A DNA stretch of 64,000 nucleotides from Alphaproteobacteria bacterium. GTDB taxonomy: Bacteria; Pseudomonadota; Alphaproteobacteria; UBA828. The translations under genes and the position numbers were made by a program. Location: contig CAXXVO010000005.1 in the NCBI GenBank assembly GCA_963422645.2, positions 64,001 to 128,000 of the forward strand, given 5' to 3'. Numbering within the stretch: the stretch's first letter is position 1; each line of letters opens with the position of its first letter. Positions 9,958-20,040 of the stretch are shown piece after piece. The notes beneath the pieces are model-generated. The model was not told the origin of the DNA, ran no database searches, and saw only the letters and a program-made list of their open reading frames with translations.

Positions 9958-11847
9958 GTAACTGCCCAGGTCGTCTGATTTGTCATTTTGGGCCAGTGGA
10001 TTGAGGCGTTTCTCGTTCGGAGTTGGTGGAAAGGGCTTGACGGGAATTTCGGGAAATGACTCAACAACGACATGAGCAATCCCGAGTCGCCGCGCGGCCC
10101 TTCGACGGGAGCAGCGCCCGAAACGCCCGCGCAGAAGATCGCCCGCCTGGAGGAGGAGAACGCCCGGCTTCGGGAGGAAAATGCCTGGCTTCGGCAGCAG
10201 AACGCGCGGCTGGAAGAGCAAGTCGCGCGTCTCGTCGAGCGCATCGAGGAGTTGGAGCGCCGTCTCGGCCTCAACAGCGGCAACAGCGGCAAGCCGCCTT
10301 CGAGCGATGGGCTGAGGAAGCCGAATTCGAAGCGGCGAACCCGAAGCCTGCGCGGCAAATCGGGCCGCAAGCCCGGTGGCCAGCCCGGCCACAAGGGCAA
10401 GACGCTGCGCCGCGCCGATCACCCGGATCGGGTGAAGGATCACGTCCCGGCTTCCTGCAAGGGATGCGGTTCGCCGCTTTCGGACGCGGCCAGGGCGGGA
10501 ACGCCCGTCGCCCGCCAGTGTGTTCGATCTGCCCGAGCCGAGCCCCCTGGAGGTGACCGAGCACCGGGCGCATGCCAAGTGCTGCGGGCATTGCGGGACG
10601 GTGACCCGGGCGGCGTTCCCCGACGGGGTGTCGGCGCCGGTGCAGTACGGCCCGCGCATTGCCGGGGTGGCGGTCTACCTTCAGCACGCTCACTTCCTGC
10701 CGGAGGATCGGCTGTCGCAGGTGATGGCCGAGCTCTTCGGCGCGCCGGTGACGGCTGCGACGTTGGCGACGATGAGCGAGAGGGCGGCCGAGCGGCTTGC
10801 GGGACGCGGCCTTGCACATACAGGACCTGGCGGCGGGCACGGCGCGGGTGAAACACATGGACGAGACCGGCTTGCGGATCGGCGGTCAGACGCAGTGGCT
10901 TCATGTGATCTGCACGCCGCTGCTGGCGGCGTACCGGGTCAGCGGCAAGCGCGGCGCCCTGCTCTCGGGTGTCTCCGGCATCGTCGTGCACGATCACTGG
11001 AAGCCGTACTTCGCGATGGAAGGGGTGGAGCACGGCCTGTGCAACGCCCATCACCTGCGGGAGTTGCAGGCGCTGGTGGACATCGAAGGGGAGGCTTGGG
11101 CCCGGCGGATGCAGCAGCTCCTGCGCCGAGCCAATCGCGCCGCCCGCATCGCGCTGGACAAGGATATCGCCGTTCCGGCGAGGCTTGTGGCGCTGATCGA
11201 GCGCCGATACGACGAGATCATCGCCGATGCGCTGGCCTTTCACGAGAGCCAACCACCGTTCTCGCCTGGCAAGAGGAAGAAGCGCCGGAAGCGAAGGATC
11301 GGTCACAATCTGGCCTTGAGGCTGCGCGACCACAAATGCGCGGTGCTCCGGTTCCTGATCGACCTCGAGGTCGGGTTCACGAACAACGAGGCCGAGCGCG
11401 ACCTTCGGATGATGAAGCTGCGCCAGAAGATCTCCGGGGGCTTCCGGTCCGCGCAGGGGGCCGAGAACTTCGCCATCCTGCGCAGCGTCATCACCACCGC
11501 CAGAAAGCAGGGCTGGAATATCATCGAAGCCCTGACCAGCCCATCGGATCGGCTCATCGCCACCGTCAAGTGCGCGTAAGCTCACCTGGCACGGGTTCTC
11601 CAACAGCGGAGCCATTCTCATAAACGATCATGGTCGACGCCGTGCTGGACCACCCCATAGAATGAAAATCGGTGCCCGTCGCGCGGGCGGACTTCGGGCC
11701 ACATCGGGGTAGCTTACCGGTCGCAGTCCGCAAGAGGGGCATCGTGAGCTGTGAAACCCGGCGACCCCAGAGGAGCACACGGGCGTCGCGTGGGTAGCGT
11801 TGTGCCGAATCCCAGAGAATTTTCACAGCAAGAACCTGGGCAGTTAC
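9958..11847 (+). mobile_element. IS66-family element copy 2
   Basis: Same 14-bp TIR; 8-bp TSD GGAAAATC at 9950-9957 and 11848-11855. Confidence 0.95.
10072..11579 (+). pseudogene. IS66 TnpC transposase with two frameshifts (~10518, ~10796)
   Basis: Same protein as copy 1, split over ORFs starting at 10072, 10520 and 10797. Confidence 0.88.
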
Positions 11848-11899
11848 GGAAAATCTTGGGGCCAGGTGCTTGACGCGCGCGCCTCCGTAGTCTCTAGTT

Positions 11900-11960
11900 C
11901 TCTCACGTGGCGATTTGAGCGACCGGCTTGCGGCCACGTTAAACAACCGCGCTAAAAGGT
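11900..11960 (+). ncRNA. SAM-II (SAM-alpha) riboswitch
   Basis: CGTGGCGATTTGAGCGACCGGCTTGCGGCCACGTTAAACAACCGCGCTAAA fits the alphaproteobacterial SAM-II pattern and lies upstream of metZ. Confidence 0.85.
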
Positions 11961-11971
11961 CGAAGGGAGGG

Positions 11972-11998
11972 ACCCCGGCCAGCGCGGCCGGGGTTTTT
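11972..11998 (+). terminator. Intrinsic terminator-like hairpin in the metZ leader
   Basis: ACCCCGGCC-agcgc-GGCCGGGGT followed by a T run. Confidence 0.65.
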
Positions 11999-12002
11999 GC
12001 AT

Positions 12003-13204
12003 ATGGGGCGGAGGACACGCGAGCGGGCCTGGTCGCAGGCCACCCAACTGGTGCGGGGCGGGACCGAGCGCTCGCATCACGGCGAAACCAGCGAGGCGCT
12101 CTACCTCACCTCGGGCTACGTCTACGACACGGCAGCGCAAGGCAATGCGCGCACGGCGGATGAAGAAGCGGGTTATGTCTATGGCCGCTTCGGCAATCCC
12201 ACCGTCACCATGTTCGAGGACCGCCTCGCGCTGATCGAAGGCGCGGACGCCTGCCAGGCGACCGCCACCGGCATGGCCGCGGTCTTCACATCCCTGATGA
12301 GCCAGCTGCGCGCGGGCGACCACGTCGTTGCGTCCCGCGCGTCATGTTCGGCGCCTGCTACGTGGTGATCGACCAGCTGCTGCCCCGCTACGGCATCGAG
12401 ACCGACCTCGTGGACGGCACCGATCTCGACGCCTGGGAGCGCGCGCTCAGGCCGGAGACCCGCTGCATCTTCCTCGAAAGCCCCGGCAACCCGACCATGC
12501 CGGTGGTGGACATCGCCGCGGTCTCCGCCCTCGCCCACGGCGTCGGCGCCCGCGTCGTCGTGGACAACGTGCTCGGCATGCCGACCGTTCAGCGCCCCCT
12601 CGCCCTCGGCGCCGACATCGTGGTCTATTCCACCACCAAGCACATCGACGGCCAGGGCCGCTGCCTGGGCGGCGCCATCCTGGGCGACGACGCGTACTTC
12701 GCAGACGACCTCGTGCCCTTCATGCGCACCACGGGGCCGGTCATGAGCCCCTTCAACGCCTGGGTCATGCTCAAGGGCCTGGAGACCCTGGAGCTGCGCA
12801 CGGAGCGCATGTGCGAGACCGCGGCGCGGCTCGCGGCGTTTCTCGAGGACCACCCGGCCGTGGATGCCGTTCACTATCCGGGCCTCGCGAGCCATCCCCA
12901 GCACGCGCTTGCGGCGAAACAGATGAGCCGGGGCGGCAGCGTGATCGCGTTCGAGCTCACGGGCGGTTGGGACGCCGCCTTCCGCTTTCTCGATGCGCTG
13001 GAGCTGATCGACATTTCCAACAACCTGGGCGATTCCAAGAGCCTCGCCACCCAGCCCGCCAGCACCACGCATCAGAAGATCGGCGCGGACGCCCGCGCCC
13101 TGCTCGGAATCGGCGACGGACTCGTGCGCTTCTCGGTCGGGCTGGAAGCGGAGGCGGACCTGCGCGCCGATCTGGAACACGCGCTTGCCGCGGCGGGAGG
13201 CTGA
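12003..13204 (+). CDS. metZ: O-succinylhomoserine sulfhydrylase, apparent frameshift at ~12340
   Basis: ETSEALYLTSGYVY and YGRFGNPTV in one frame; YSTTKHIDGQGR (PLP Lys) and NNLGDSKS in another; SAM riboswitch upstream. Confidence 0.85.
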
Positions 13205-13298
13205 GTCGCTCCCGCAGCCGATCTTCTGTGGCGCGGCGCGTGGTGCGGGTTTAGGCTGCGGCCAGTATCGATAGCGAGTCTGATCCGCAGCAACGCCC

Positions 13299-14051
13299 AT
13301 GAGCCTGCTCGAAGTTCACGAACTGTCTCGGCATTTCGGCGGCCTCGCCGCCGTCAACAACCTCACCTTCACGGTGGACGAGGGCGAGATCCACGGGCTG
13401 ATCGGCCCGAACGGCGCCGGCAAGACCACGACCTTCAACGTCATCAGCGGCTACTACAAGCCGACCGCAGGCGACATCGTGTTCGGCGGCCGCAAGATTT
13501 CCGGGCTCCGCCCGAGCCGGATTGCATCGCGAGGCGTGGTCCGCACCTTCCAATCGACCACGCTCTTCCAGGAGCTCACCGTTCTCGAGAACGTGCTGAT
13601 CGGCTGCCACATGCGCTCGCGCGTGGGGCCCTTCAGTGCGCTGCTCGGCACCAGCCGCCACGCCGAACGGGAATCGGAGGTGCGCGCCCAGGAGATTCTG
13701 GAGTTCATGGGCCTGGGCGACCGCCGCGGCGACGAGACCGTCAACCTGCCGCACGGCCATCAGCGGGCTCTTGGCATCGCCGTGGCGCTGGCGGCCGAGC
13801 CCAAGCTGATTCTGCTCGACGAGCCCTTCACCGGCATGAACCCCGAAGAGACGCGGAAGATGATGGTGCTGGTCGAGCGCGTGCGCAGCCAGGGTGTCAC
13901 CATCCTCCTGGTCGAGCATGACATGCAGGCGGTCATGGGGCTGTGCGACCAGATCACGGTGCTGAGCTTCGGCGAGCTGCTGGCGGAAGGCACGCCCGAG
14001 CAGATCCGGGCCGATCCGGCTGTGATCGAAGCCTATCTGGGAACCGCCTGA
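13299..14051 (+). CDS. Branched-chain amino acid-type ABC ATPase (LivG-like)
   Basis: GPNGAGKT, LPHGHQR, LLDEP, C-terminal EAYLG. Confidence 0.9.
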   Translation: MSLLEVHELSRHFGGLAAVNNLTFTVDEGEIHGLIGPNGAGKTTTFNVISGYYKPTAGDIVFGGRKISGLRPSRIASRGVVRTFQSTTLFQELTVLENVLIGCHMRSRVGPFSALLGTSRHAERESEVRAQEILEFMGLGDRRGDETVNLPHGHQRALGIAVALAAEPKLILLDEPFTGMNPEETRKMMVLVERVRSQGVTILLVEHDMQAVMGLCDQITVLSFGELLAEGTPEQIRADPAVIEAYLGTA

Positions 14052-14759
14052 ATGCTCTTCGAGATCAAGTCGCTCTCGGTCCACTACAACAAGGTGAGAG
14101 CGTTGCGCGCGGTCTCGATGGAGGTCGACGAGGGCGACATCGTGACCCTGATCGGGGCCAACGGCGCCGGCAAGAGCACGACGCTCCGCACGGTGTCGGG
14201 CCTCGTGCGCGCCAGCGCGGGCGAAATCTGGTTCGACGGCGCGCGCATCGACAAGCTCCCTCCCGACGAGGTGGTGAGGCGCGGCATCGCGCACGTGCCC
14301 GAGGGCCGGCATGTCTTCCCCGAGCTTACGGTCTTCGAGAACCTGAACACGGGCGCCTTCCTGCGGCGCGACAAGGACGGGATCAAGCAGGACCTCGAAG
14401 CCGTCTACGAGCGCTTCCCGCGGCTCAAGGAGCGGCGCACCCAGTACGGCAAGACCCTCTCCGGCGGCGAGCAGCAGATGCTGGCGATCGGCCGGGCGCT
14501 CATGGCGCGGCCCAGGCTCTTGCTGCTCGACGAGCCCTCCCTCGGGCTCTCGCCGGTGATGGTGCAGGAGATCGCCAAGATCGTCGTCGATATCAACGCC
14601 CGCGGCGTGCCCGTGGTGCTGGTGGAACAGAATGCGGAACTCGCGCTCAAGCTCGCGCGCTACGCCTATGTGTTGGAGACCGGCCGCGTCGCGCTCGAAG
14701 GCGAGGCCGAGCGGATTCGCGACGACCAGCACGTCCGCAGGGTGTATCTCGGCGGCTAG
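14052..14759 (+). CDS. Branched-chain amino acid-type ABC ATPase (LivF-like)
   Basis: GANGAGKS, LSGGEQQM, LDEPSLGL. Confidence 0.9.
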   Translation: MLFEIKSLSVHYNKVRALRAVSMEVDEGDIVTLIGANGAGKSTTLRTVSGLVRASAGEIWFDGARIDKLPPDEVVRRGIAHVPEGRHVFPELTVFENLNTGAFLRRDKDGIKQDLEAVYERFPRLKERRTQYGKTLSGGEQQMLAIGRALMARPRLLLLDEPSLGLSPVMVQEIAKIVVDINARGVPVVLVEQNAELALKLARYAYVLETGRVALEGEAERIRDDQHVRRVYLGG

Positions 14760-14782
14760 GCCTCGTAAGGCCGGGTAAGCCT

Positions 14783-17700
14783 GTGGAAACCCGCGAGCTC
14801 TTCTGGGAGATCACCTCCCTCGGACACACGCTCTTCTTCGTGGTGGCGGGGTTGGCGATGGCGGTGGCTGCGGCCGGCGTTGCCTGGCACGTCTACCGCT
14901 ACGCCCGCGCACGCCGCAGCCCTGTGCCTGTCCATCCCTGGCGCGGCTTCTGGCGCATGGTGTTCGACGTCTTCTCGCAGCGGACCGTGCGCCGGCGCGA
15001 CCGTGCCGCGGGCCATGCCCACACGCCGGTCATGTACGGCTTCCTCCTGCTGCTGGCCGCCACCAGCATCATCACGGTCGAGTACGACATCTCGGAGCCC
15101 TTCTTCGGCTTCACCTTCTGGCACGGCGACTTCTATCTCGCCTTCAGCCTGATCGCCGATCTCGCCGGCCTCGGGCTCATCGTCGGCGTCATCTACATGA
15201 TGTGGCGGCGCTGGCAGGTCCGCCCGGCGAAGCTGGTCTACCGGCGGGAGTATCGCGGCGAGACCGAGGAGCGGCCGGGCGCCCGCGCCTGGCTGCGCGA
15301 GGACGCGCTCTTCCTGTGGGCGCTGCTCCTGATCGGAGTGACCGGCTTCCTGCAGGAGGGCGTGCGCCTCGCCATGGATCAGCCGCCCTGGGGGCCCTGG
15401 TCGCCCGTGGGCTGGGTGCTCGCTCAGATCTTCCTCGGCCTCGGCATGGACGAAGCGGGCGCCGCCGCCGTGCGCCGGGCCAATTGGTGGATCCACGGCA
15501 TCGCCGCTCTGGCCTTCATCGCGGCGATTCCCTGGACCAAGGTCAAGCACATCATCGCCGTGCTCGGCTCGCTGTCGACCCGCGACCCCCTCGCCCTGCG
15601 CCGCCTTCCCAAGCCTGCGCCCGCCCGCGCGCCTGCCGAGAAGGACGCCGAGGAGGAGGTCGGGTTCGGCAGCATCGGGCAGTTCTCGTGGAAGGACCTG
15701 CTCAACCTCGACGCCTGCACCAAGTGCGGGCGCTGCCACGAGGCCTGTCCGGCCACCGCCAGCGGGGCCCCGCTCAGCCCGCGCGACCTGATCCTCGACC
15801 TGCGTTCCCACGCCGCACGCAGCGCCTTCAAACCGGGAGCGAAGGGCGCAGCGCTGATCGGCGATGTGATCGATGCGGAGACGCTCTGGTCTTGCCGTTC
15901 CTGCGGCGCCTGCATGGAGATCTGCCCGGTCGGCATCGAGCACCCGCCGATGATCGTGCAGATGCGGCGCCAGCTGGTCGAAGACGGCGCCATGGATCAG
16001 CAGCTTCGCGACACCCTCGACATGATCGCCAACCGCGGCAACAGCTTCGGCGAGAGCCCGCGCAGCCGCGGCGGCTGGACCGCGGCGCTCGAGTTCCCGG
16101 TCAAGGATGTCCGCGCCGAGCCGGCCGAGAACCTCTGGTTCGTGGGCGACTACGCCTCCTACGACCCGCGCAACCAGGATGTCTCGCGCACGGTCGCGCG
16201 CCTCTTCCGCGCCGCCGGGCTCGACTTCGGCCTGCTCTACGAGAGCGAGCGGACCGCTGGCAACGACGTGCGCCGGGTCGGCGAGGAAGGCCTCTTCGAA
16301 TCGCTCGCCGAGCACAATCTGGCGGAAATGGGCGCGGCCAAGCAGTTCGACGCGATCGTGACCACCGACCCCCACAGCTACAACACAATCCGCAACGAGT
16401 ATCCCGACTTCGGCGATGTCGCGCCGATCCGCCACTACACGAGCGTCCTCACCGAGCTGCTGGAGAGCGGGCGTCTCGCCGTCACGAAGCCCCTCGGCAG
16501 GCGGGTGACGCTCCACGACCCCTGCCATCTCGGCCGGCTCAACGGCCACTACGACGAGCCCCGCCGCGTGCTGGAGCTGATCGGCTGCGAGCTGATCGAC
16601 ATGCCGCGCTGCCGCGACAACTCCTTCTGCTGCGGCGCTGGCGGCGGGCGCATCTGGATGCCCGATCCGGTGGGCAAGGAGCGCCCCTCCGAGAACCGGA
16701 TGCACGAAGCGGCGTCTCTCGGTAATCTCGACACCTTCGTCGTCTGCTGCCCCAAGGACCTGACCATGTTCGAGGACGCCCGCAAGACCAGTGGCCACGA
16801 AGGCGACTTCGTCGTCCAGGACCTGGCGGAGCTGGTCGCCGAGGCGATCGATCTCAAGAGCATCGACCTCAAGGAGGTGCCGGCGCTGGTCGATCGCATC
16901 ACGGAGGCCGCCGCAACCCGCATCGCCGATACCGTGGCGGACCGGCTGGCCGAGCGCCTCGCCGAGACCGTGACCGAGCGGGTGCTGAGCGAACTTTCGG
17001 CACGCACGCCTACGCTCGCCGCAGCGGCTGCGCCGCCGCCGCAGCCCGCGCCGGCGGACGAGCCACAGGAGCAGGCGGAAGCGCCACCGGCCGCAGGGCC
17101 GTGGCGCCCGGCACCGGTCAGCGCGGCGGCGCTGCCTCCCTACGAGGTGCCGGCGAAGGAAGGCCCCCGCGTGCTCGTCGCGGTAAAGCGGGTCGGCGAG
17201 CTGAACCCCGACTTCGCCATCGACGAAGCCGGCGGCACGATCGCCGACGAGCACTTCGAGTACGAGTTGAACGAGTGGGACGAGGCGGCGCTGGAGGAAG
17301 CGCTGCTGCTGACCGAGAAGCTCGGCGCGGGCGAGGTGGTCGCCGTCACCATCGGCCCGGACGATGCCGAGGAGACCCTTCGCCGCGCGCTCGCCAAGGG
17401 CGCGCACCGGGGCGTTCGGGTGTGGGACGAGAGCCTGCGCGACGCCGACCCGGTGACCGTCGCCCGTGTGCTGGCGGGAGTCGCCGCGCAGGAGACGCCG
17501 GACATCGTGCTGACCGGCGCGCAGTCGGCCGATCTCGGCCACGGCGCCACGGGCTCCGCTCTGGCGCGCATCCTGGGCCTGCCGCACGCGGCCGTCGTCC
17601 TCGGCATCGAGTGGGATGGCGCGGGCGCGATGACCGTCACCCGCGAGCTTGAAGGCGGTATGCGCCAGCAGTTCGCGCTGCCGGCGCCGGCGCTGCTCAC

Positions 17701-17938
17701 CGTGCAGACCGGCGGCAACACGCCGCGCTACGCCACCATGCGCATGATCAAGCAGGCCAGGAAGAAAGCGATCGCAGTGGTGGACGGCGCGGACGTCGGC
17801 CTCGATCAGGCGGGCGCCGTCGTGCGCCGGCTCTACGAGCCGCCCAGGTCCGGGCGCGCCGCGATGATCGAGGGCGATCCGGCGGCCGTCGCCAAGGCCA
17901 TCGCCGACCTGATTCGAGACAAGCGGGGAGAGGCGTGA
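14783..17938 (+). CDS. Membrane Fe-S oxidoreductase (FadF/HdrD-like) fused to ETF beta subunit
   Basis: N-terminal TM helices; two CxxCxxCxxxCP motifs; CCG domains (HDPCHLGR, CCGAGGG); Pro/Ala linker; EtfB domain (VAVKRV, NEWDEAALEEA, TGAQSAD, PRYATM). GTG start at 14783. Confidence 0.85.
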   Translation: METRELFWEITSLGHTLFFVVAGLAMAVAAAGVAWHVYRYARARRSPVPVHPWRGFWRMVFDVFSQRTVRRRDRAAGHAHTPVMYGFLLLLAATSIITVEYDISEPFFGFTFWHGDFYLAFSLIADLAGLGLIVGVIYMMWRRWQVRPAKLVYRREYRGETEERPGARAWLREDALFLWALLLIGVTGFLQEGVRLAMDQPPWGPWSPVGWVLAQIFLGLGMDEAGAAAVRRANWWIHGIAALAFIAAIPWTKVKHIIAVLGSLSTRDPLALRRLPKPAPARAPAEKDAEEEVGFGSIGQFSWKDLLNLDACTKCGRCHEACPATASGAPLSPRDLILDLRSHAARSAFKPGAKGAALIGDVIDAETLWSCRSCGACMEICPVGIEHPPMIVQMRRQLVEDGAMDQQLRDTLDMIANRGNSFGESPRSRGGWTAALEFPVKDVRAEPAENLWFVGDYASYDPRNQDVSRTVARLFRAAGLDFGLLYESERTAGNDVRRVGEEGLFESLAEHNLAEMGAAKQFDAIVTTDPHSYNTIRNEYPDFGDVAPIRHYTSVLTELLESGRLAVTKPLGRRVTLHDPCHLGRLNGHYDEPRRVLELIGCELIDMPRCRDNSFCCGAGGGRIWMPDPVGKERPSENRMHEAASLGNLDTFVVCCPKDLTMFEDARKTSGHEGDFVVQDLAELVAEAIDLKSIDLKEVPALVDRITEAAATRIADTVADRLAERLAETVTERVLSELSARTPTLAAAAAPPPQPAPADEPQEQAEAPPAAGPWRPAPVSAAALPPYEVPAKEGPRVLVAVKRVGELNPDFAIDEAGGTIADEHFEYELNEWDEAALEEALLLTEKLGAGEVVAVTIGPDDAEETLRRALAKGAHRGVRVWDESLRDADPVTVARVLAGVAAQETPDIVLTGAQSADLGHGATGSALARILGLPHAAVVLGIEWDGAGAMTVTRELEGGMRQQFALPAPALLTVQTGGNTPRYATMRMIKQARKKAIAVVDGADVGLDQAGAVVRRLYEPPRSGRAAMIEGDPAAVAKAIADLIRDKRGEA

Positions 17939-18903
17939 TGGCCGGTATCCTCGTCGTCGCCGAGCACTTCGACGGTGTCCTGCGCGACGTCACGCTGGAG
18001 ATGATCGGCGCTGCTGCCGAGCTCAAGGACGGCCTCGGCGGCCCGCTCGCCCTCCTCGTCATCGGTCAGGATGTGGACTCGCTCGCCTCTGCGGCCAACC
18101 GCGAAGGGGTCGACGAGATCGTCACCGTCGCCCGGGCGGACGCGCATTTCGATCCCGCGCTCTATGAGGAGGCGGCGTGCGCCGTCGCCGAGGCGCGGCA
18201 GGTCCGGCTGGTGCTGATCGGCCACACCGCCGCCGGCATGGCCTTCGGCCCAGCGGTCGCCGCGCGGCTCGGCTCGGGCTTCGCGTCGGACGTCTTCGGG
18301 CTTTCGGCGGAGGGTAGCGAGCCCATCGCGACCCGCGGCGGCTACGGCGGCAAGGTCTCCATGGACCTCGCCTTTCCGAACAGGCCCGTGATCGTGCTGA
18401 CGCTGCGGGGCGCGACCTTCAAGGCGCCCGAAGCAAGGGGCGAGGCGAGCATCGTTCCCTTCGCGCTCGAACTCGACGCCCTGCCCGGCGCCGGCCGCCA
18501 CATCGACTATCTGCCGGCCCCGCCCGCCGACGTGGATATCGGCAAGGCCGAGTTCATCCTCTCGGTCGGGCGCGCCCTCGGCGAAGACACGAACCTGCCC
18601 CAGTTCGCGGCGCTGGCGGAACGGCTCGGCGCCACCCTCGGCTGCTCCCGCCCGGTCGCGGATTCGGGCTGGCTGCCCAAGGCCCACCAGGTCGGCCAGT
18701 CCGGCACGATCGCGGCCAACTGCTCACTCTACCTGGCTCTGGGAATCTCCGGCGCGGTCCAGCACCTGGCCGGGATGAAGCACGTGGACACCATCATCGC
18801 GGTCAATACCGACCCGGAGGCGCCGATCTTCAACGTCGCCCACCATGGCGCCTGCGCGGACATCTTCGAGCTCGCCGAGGCTCTGGAGCGCGAGTTCAAC
18901 TGA
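17938..18903 (+). CDS. etfA: Electron transfer flavoprotein alpha subunit
   Basis: [35 protein letters not shown]. Confidence 0.93.
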   Translation: MAGILVVAEHFDGVLRDVTLEMIGAAAELKDGLGGPLALLVIGQDVDSLASAANREGVDEIVTVARADAHFDPALYEEAACAVAEARQVRLVLIGHTAAGMAFGPAVAARLGSGFASDVFGLSAEGSEPIATRGGYGGKVSMDLAFPNRPVIVLTLRGATFKAPEARGEASIVPFALELDALPGAGRHIDYLPAPPADVDIGKAEFILSVGRALGEDTNLPQFAALAERLGATLGCSRPVADSGWLPKAHQVGQSGTIAANCSLYLALGISGAVQHLAGMKHVDTIIAVNTDPEAPIFNVAHHGACADIFELAEALEREFN

Positions 18904-18915
18904 GGCGCCCTGCCC

Positions 18916-20040
18916 TCACTCTAGTGGCGCGGAACGCTCCAACACGCGAATGCGACTCAAGAGCTGGTCCTTGTCCAAGTAGCAGCCCTGCAGATGCCGC
19001 CCCCCGGTCCTGGGGTCGAACGCGGCGCGCCCGTGCAGGACCCGCCGGTTGTCGAAGATCAGAAGCTCGCCCGGGCTGAGCCGGTAGCGGCACTCCAGCG
19101 CCGGGTCTCGGATCACCACGGCGAAGGCGCGTAGTGCGCGGCACAGCGCGCCGATGCGCTCCGGCGGGGCGCTGATTGCGTCCATCACCGCGAAATTGAA
19201 TCGCACCTCGGCGAGGGCACCGGCCTCGTCCAGGCCGATGGTCGGGGCGCGGAAGCGAATGTCCGACTCGTTATCCTGGAAGCGGAAGTCGATGGGGAAG
19301 CGGGTCAACAGCCGGTAGGCCGCGGGCTCCCGCCGGCGCAACTCGTCCGCCGCACGGAAGCCGTCCACGAGGACCGAGTCGCCGCCCTCGGCGTCGTTCT
19401 GCAGGCAATGCAGCAGCTGGTAGTCGGGCGGCCGCTCCCAGTTGGGCAAATCTGTGTGGCAGGGCAGCCCGAGCGCCGTATAGGCATTGCTGTTGGGCTC
19501 CTGCTTCGAGAGCACATCGAAATGCTCGCCGAAGTTGGTTGCCCGTGCGGGGCCGATGAGACCCGCGAGGCCGAGTACGCTGAGCGGCTCGCGCGGGGTG
19601 CCGCGCAGGACGGCGACACCGAAATCGCGCAGGAGATGGAGCCAGTCAAGGAGAGCGCCGTCGCTGCTTGTGACCGCGCGATAGTCCGCACTCGGCATGG
19701 CTGCCGAGAGTTCGGCGTCCCATGTGGCAGGCGCCGGGCCGCATGGCGAGTCTTCGTCGGCACCGCCGCGATGACCCCTGAGCCAATCCGAATCGTAGTC
19801 GCTGACATGGTCTTCGGGCTGCCATTGGACCCGGAGCCCGCCCGCGTCGGTGATCGAGACCGACCCGGCGTCGAGGTCCGGCGGCACGGAGAGGGGATCG
19901 AGAATTCGCTCCAGCGTCTCCGGGTGCCTGCATTGCGGACAACGACAATTGTCCCGCAGCCAGAGGTGGTGGAATGTCGCGGCGGCGCCGTCGTCCCAAG
20001 TGACGCGAAGGGAGCGCGGCTGCCGCCTTACGCTGCGGAG
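18916..20040 (-). CDS. Gamma-butyrobetaine/trimethyllysine dioxygenase-like (TauD family); start unclear
   Basis: [11 protein letters not shown] zinc domain, [12 protein letters not shown]. No in-frame start codon near 20030. Confidence 0.8.
   Translation of the reverse strand, partial: LRSVRRQPRSLRVTWDDGAAATFHHLWLRDNCRCPQCRHPETLERILDPLSVPPDLDAGSVSITDAGGLRVQWQPEDHVSDYDSDWLRGHRGGADEDSPCGPAPATWDAELSAAMPSADYRAVTSSDGALLDWLHLLRDFGVAVLRGTPREPLSVLGLAGLIGPARATNFGEHFDVLSKQEPNSNAYTALGLPCHTDLPNWERPPDYQLLHCLQNDAEGGDSVLVDGFRAADELRRREPAAYRLLTRFPIDFRFQDNESDIRFRAPTIGLDEAGALAEVRFNFAVMDAISAPPERIGALCRALRAFAVVIRDPALECRYRLSPGELLIFDNRRVLHGRAAFDPRTGGRHLQGCYLDKDQLLSRIRVLERSAPLE

Noticed and set aside
13943-14782. 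N-terminal 280 aa of the 1331-aa ORF
   Set aside because: It overlaps the LivF-like gene out of frame; the credible start is GTG 14783.
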